Part shown: piece after piece, positions 6,929-10,276 of the stretch
Position numbering within the stretch: position 1 is the first letter of the stretch
How the letters are laid out: each line of letters begins with the position of its first letter
Assembly: GCA_043822705.1 (NCBI GenBank)
Contig: JBDRBK010000132.1
Location: forward strand, 1-10,276
Source: Fidelibacterota bacterium
Lineage (GTDB): Bacteria > Fidelibacterota > Marinisomatia > Marinisomatales > TCS56
DNA: 10,276 bases
Reading direction: 5' to 3'
Translations under genes and position numbers: made by a program
Notes under the pieces: model-generated
Databases searched by the model: none
What the model was told of the DNA's origin: nothing
Seen by the model: the letters and a program-made list of their open reading frames with translations, nothing else

Positions 6929-8363
6929 CCGGCTCAATCCCGGCCCGCCTCAGAGCTGAGTGCCAGGCCTCTATCTTTCGCTGACGCTCGTCGGGATGCA
7001 TCCGTGGCAGAAATAACCGATCAAACCGGCGGTTATTAATTTTTATTCCGGCGTCACTAAATAATAACTGACATACACCGAGGGCCGTGTGGTCCTTTAA
7101 ACGCGTGTGTCCGATGGGAACTTCCAGCAGGTCGGCGACGAATTGCAGCAGCGAGGCCCGGGAAATTCCGCCGCTGGCGGTCACATTTCGCAACGTGAGC
7201 GACAGGTGCCGCCGGATCAGGGCGATTATATCGTAAGTGAAAAAGCCGATCGATTCCACCGCCGCCCGCAGAACCTGGTCATGGTTGGTAACATCGATTC
7301 CCGCCAGCACGGTTTCAAAGCGGTCCCGCCAGTAGGGGGCCGCGATGCCGCTGTAACCGGGAATCAGGACGCCGGCGGTGGTAGTCTCACGGCAGGTCAG
7401 GTCCCATTTACGCCGGTGGACCGGTATCCGCAGGTCCTGCTCCAGCCAGTCGAACAACGACTTGCAAGTGTTGATCGTGCCCTCGATCATAAACCGGCGT
7501 TCCCGTTCCGAAGAATGCAGCACGCTGCTGATCAGTCCCGGGATATGTCCGGGACGGTCGCCGCTGTTCAACAGCACCGATCCGGATGTGCCGTAGTTCA
7601 GGACTAGGTCGCCGCTACTCTGGCCGCCCTGACCCAACAGCGCGGCCTGCTGGTCGCCGATTACGCAGCGCAGGGGCAGGGTATCGCGGTTAATCGTGAT
7701 CTGGCCGAAATCGCCGGTGGTGGGCTTCAGGGGCGGCAGGTCGTTTTCGCTGATGCCGAACAGCCGGCATAATTCCGGGTCCCATTGCAACGTGTCCAGG
7801 TTCAGGCAGAGCGAGCGCCCGGCGATGGAATGATCCACTCCCGGTTCGCCCGTCAGGCTCTGGCTCAGAAAGGCGCTCAGGGGACCGAACAGCACATTGC
7901 CGTTGCTGATTTTCTGTGCCAGCTCGGGATTCCGCCGTGTTAAATGCATGAATTTTGGTCCGCCGAAATGGGCGCTGAGCGGTGTGCCGGTGCGCTCCTG
8001 AATGAATTGGGCGGAATCGGCCAGCTCGACCGTTTCCTGTCCGGCCCGGGTATCCTGCCAACTGATTGCCGGCGTCAATGGCCGGGCGGTAGTTTTATCC
8101 CAGAACAGAAAAGTGGAACGCTGAACCGACAGACCGGCACTGGCCACGTTCTGTCCGGATTGCCGGGCGAAATCGAGGGCCTCCTTGATCAGCCGGAAGC
8201 AGACCTCCAGAATCGCCAGCGGATCGCTTTCGACGTGATCGGGCGCCGGATACGAAAGATGATGCGGCAGGCGGCTGGAAAAACGGATTTCCTGCTGTTC
8301 ATTGAACAGGAAGACCTTGGTGGATGAAGTACCCTGATCCAGCACCAGATATACGGCGCACAT
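6921..8363 (-). CDS. FGGY-family carbohydrate kinase (glycerol kinase-like), 480 aa
   Basis: Motifs LDQGTSSTK, QRSTFLFWDK, ISWQDTR, GDQQAALLGQ, YGT, IEG, GIAAPYW, RAAVESIGF, SGG and TALG align with GlpK/FGGY kinases. The symbol glpK is withheld because several glycerol-binding residues differ. Confidence 0.92.
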   Translation of the reverse strand: MCAVYLVLDQGTSSTKVFLFNEQQEIRFSSRLPHHLSYPAPDHVESDPLAILEVCFRLIKEALDFARQSGQNVASAGLSVQRSTFLFWDKTTARPLTPAISWQDTRAGQETVELADSAQFIQERTGTPLSAHFGGPKFMHLTRRNPELAQKISNGNVLFGPLSAFLSQSLTGEPGVDHSIAGRSLCLNLDTLQWDPELCRLFGISENDLPPLKPTTGDFGQITINRDTLPLRCVIGDQQAALLGQGGQSSGDLVLNYGTSGSVLLNSGDRPGHIPGLISSVLHSSERERRFMIEGTINTCKSLFDWLEQDLRIPVHRRKWDLTCRETTTAGVLIPGYSGIAAPYWRDRFETVLAGIDVTNHDQVLRAAVESIGFFTYDIIALIRRHLSLTLRNVTASGGISRASLLQFVADLLEVPIGHTRLKDHTALGVCQLLFSDAGIKINNRRFDRLFLPRMHPDERQRKIEAWHSALRRAGIEPVI

Positions 8364-8366
8364 CGT

Positions 8367-9566
8367 TTATTTCAGGCTCCGGATTGATTTGTACAGCAAG
8401 CCGTAGAAACCGCAGCCGGCGGCGCCGATACCGATCAGCAGGAAAATGCTGCCGATCGGCAGGAAGTCGGCCACGATTCCGACCAGGGCTGATGAAATCC
8501 CGGTCAGTCCGACGACGGCCAGATGGACCATCGAAAAGACTCGTCCCTGCAGGTGATTGGGCACGTATTTCTGAATGATGGCCGTGCGCGAAATGGTAAT
8601 CATGGGAATTCCCAGGGCATGGATTATGATCAGTCCCATCACCATGGGAACCGATCCGGCCACGTACAGCAGGCAGAAGGTCAGGCCGTCCACAATCATT
8701 CCCAGCATTAAAACCCGACCCTTCCGGAAACGGTCGCCGATTCGAAAAATAACGAAAGAACTGATCAGCATGCCGATGGCGTAGCAGGCTTCGATGGCGG
8801 CGTAATCGGAGGCACTGCCGTTGAGAGCGTTTTTGACCAGGATCGGCATGCCGACGATGGCCGGACCCATAATGAAAAGGTTGTTGAGGATTGTCAGTAG
8901 GATGATCAGCCCGATCGTGCCGTTACGGCGGACATAATTAATTCCCTGCAACAATTCCGCCCATGTCTGCCGGTTTACGGTCGGGGTGACGGCAGCGGCC
9001 GGTCGCCGGATCAGGAGCAGCAACAGCAGGGCCAGGATGAATGAGGCGCTGTCAATGGTGAATAAATATTTGAGGGAAATACTGTTCAACAGGATCGCGG
9101 CGGTGGCTGGTCCGATCAGATAAGCTAATTGGCCCGAGGTTGCCAGCAGGGAATTTACCCGCACCAGATGGCGGGGATGAATGATCGTGGGAATGAAGGC
9201 ATTCAGCGCGGGCGGGAACAGGGTGCCGAACCCGCTACGGAAAAAGGCCAGCAGGCCAATCAGGTAGGCGTTTTCATAACCCAGGCTGAGCAGGATCGGG
9301 ATCATTATTACCACGACGGCCTGACCGAAGTTGGAGACCAGCATCAACAGTAAGCGGTTATGGCGGTCGGCCAGCACGCCGGCGAAGAGGCCGAACAGCA
9401 TTGCCGGAAGATGGGCCGCGAGTGCCACCAGCCCGGTCAGAGCAGTCGATCCGGTGATATCCAGAACCAGCCAGATCAGTGCAATCTGGTAGATGGCGTC
9501 ACCGGTGCTCGAAATAAGCTGGGCCAGCCAGATGGGACCGATATTACGCATGCTTTGAAATTTCAT
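8367..9566 (-). CDS. MFS transporter (MFS_3/DHA3, MefA-like), 399 aa
   Basis: About 12 hydrophobic segments. WLAQLISSTGD, MFS motif A (FAGVLADRHNR) and P.HLQGRVFS are typical of DHA3/MFS_3 proteins. The stop is 3 nt upstream of the kinase ATG. Confidence 0.93.
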   Translation of the reverse strand: MKFQSMRNIGPIWLAQLISSTGDAIYQIALIWLVLDITGSTALTGLVALAAHLPAMLFGLFAGVLADRHNRLLLMLVSNFGQAVVVIMIPILLSLGYENAYLIGLLAFFRSGFGTLFPPALNAFIPTIIHPRHLVRVNSLLATSGQLAYLIGPATAAILLNSISLKYLFTIDSASFILALLLLLLIRRPAAAVTPTVNRQTWAELLQGINYVRRNGTIGLIILLTILNNLFIMGPAIVGMPILVKNALNGSASDYAAIEACYAIGMLISSFVIFRIGDRFRKGRVLMLGMIVDGLTFCLLYVAGSVPMVMGLIIIHALGIPMITISRTAIIQKYVPNHLQGRVFSMVHLAVVGLTGISSALVGIVADFLPIGSIFLLIGIGAAGCGFYGLLYKSIRSLK

Positions 9567-9590
9567 GTCTGGGTCATGTAAACGACCCGC

Positions 9591-9640
9591 AAATTAGGCT
9601 GTAAAAGACTTTTTGTCTTTACTAAAAACCAGCTTAATTT
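9591..9640. promoter_or_regulatory. back-to-back divergent promoter region (MFS-kinase operon / ferredoxin)
   Basis: Minus-strand TAATTT at 9596-9591. Plus-strand TTGTCT (9613-9618), 16 nt, TAATTT (9635-9640). The inverted repeat AAAGAC-N5-GTCTTT (9604-9620) lies between them. Confidence 0.4.
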
Positions 9641-9653
9641 CCCGTCGCTATAG

Positions 9654-9989
<336 letters not shown>

Positions 9990-10144
9990 TTGATTGATTT
10001 CGTTCCGGCGGTTTGCCCTGATGCGGCGCCTCTGGACGGTAGTATCCTGCCCGGCAATTCCGAATCGAGCAGGGAACAATTGATCCGAAAGTCAGTACGA
10101 TTAATGCGGCCGGAAGAGCGGCAGATTAATTTTCCATTTAGTTC

Positions 10145-10180
10145 AAAGCGGCTGTTTAAACGCAGCCGCTTTTATTATTT
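10145..10180 (+). terminator. intrinsic terminator-like hairpin directly upstream of the mrp RBS
   Basis: AAAGCGGCTG (10145-10154) pairs with CAGCCGCTTT (10163-10172): a 10-bp stem with an 8-nt loop, running into TTTTATTATTT (10170-10180). Confidence 0.65.
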
Positions 10181-10189
10181 CGGAGTCGT

Positions 10190-10276
10190 ATGAATAAGGA
10201 ACAGGTTCGGGAACTGTTGAAGACAGTCAAATATCCCGGCTTCAGTCGCGACATCGTCTCGTTCGGGATGATATCC
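10190..10276 (+). CDS. mrp: Mrp/NBP35 (ApbC) Fe-S cluster carrier protein, N-terminal fragment (3' truncated; not in the ORF track)
   Basis: GGAG at 10182-10185 and ATG at 10190. It translates to MNKEQVRELLKTVKYPGFSRDIVSFGMIS. VKYPGFSRDIVSFG is the characteristic DUF59-type N-terminus of Mrp proteins, and the location next to a ferredoxin fits. Confidence 0.85.
   Translation, partial: MNKEQVRELLKTVKYPGFSRDIVSFGMIS

Noticed and set aside
10012..10122. Hammerhead ribozyme, SRP RNA or cobalamin riboswitch in the ferredoxin-mrp spacer (CTGATG, CGAAA, CCGGAAG, AGGGAA fragments)
   Set aside because: Only fragments match. The CUGAnGA core, the SRP GGAAGCAGC motif and the B12 box are absent or in the wrong context.

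Overview
This is a gene-dense bacterial window, probably from an FCB-group or related diderm lineage (inferred from a FlgD-Ig/T9SS-type C-terminal sorting domain). Bases 1-6928 hold seven consecutive + strand genes for envelope or secreted proteins of unknown function: a DSRCP-motif protein (5' truncated), an exported coiled-coil protein, three different predicted outer-membrane beta-barrels, a small all-beta lipoprotein and a T9SS-type cargo protein with two Cys-rich repeats. The barrels are one DUF560/BBP2-like, one FadL/PorV-like with an NPA motif, and one YjbH-like fused to a zinc ribbon. The 2257-2492 gap has the layout of a sigma54 promoter: tandem palindromic activator sites, an AT-rich bend site and a -24/-12 element. 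On the minus strand, an MFS transporter is coupled to a glycerol-kinase-like FGGY kinase whose substrate pocket is altered. The window ends with a YfhL-type 2[4Fe-4S] ferredoxin, a structured 200-nt spacer containing a terminator-like hairpin, and the start of an Mrp/ApbC Fe-S carrier. I saw no rRNA, tRNA, CRISPR array or mobile element. All family calls come from motif recognition by eye, not from database searches.
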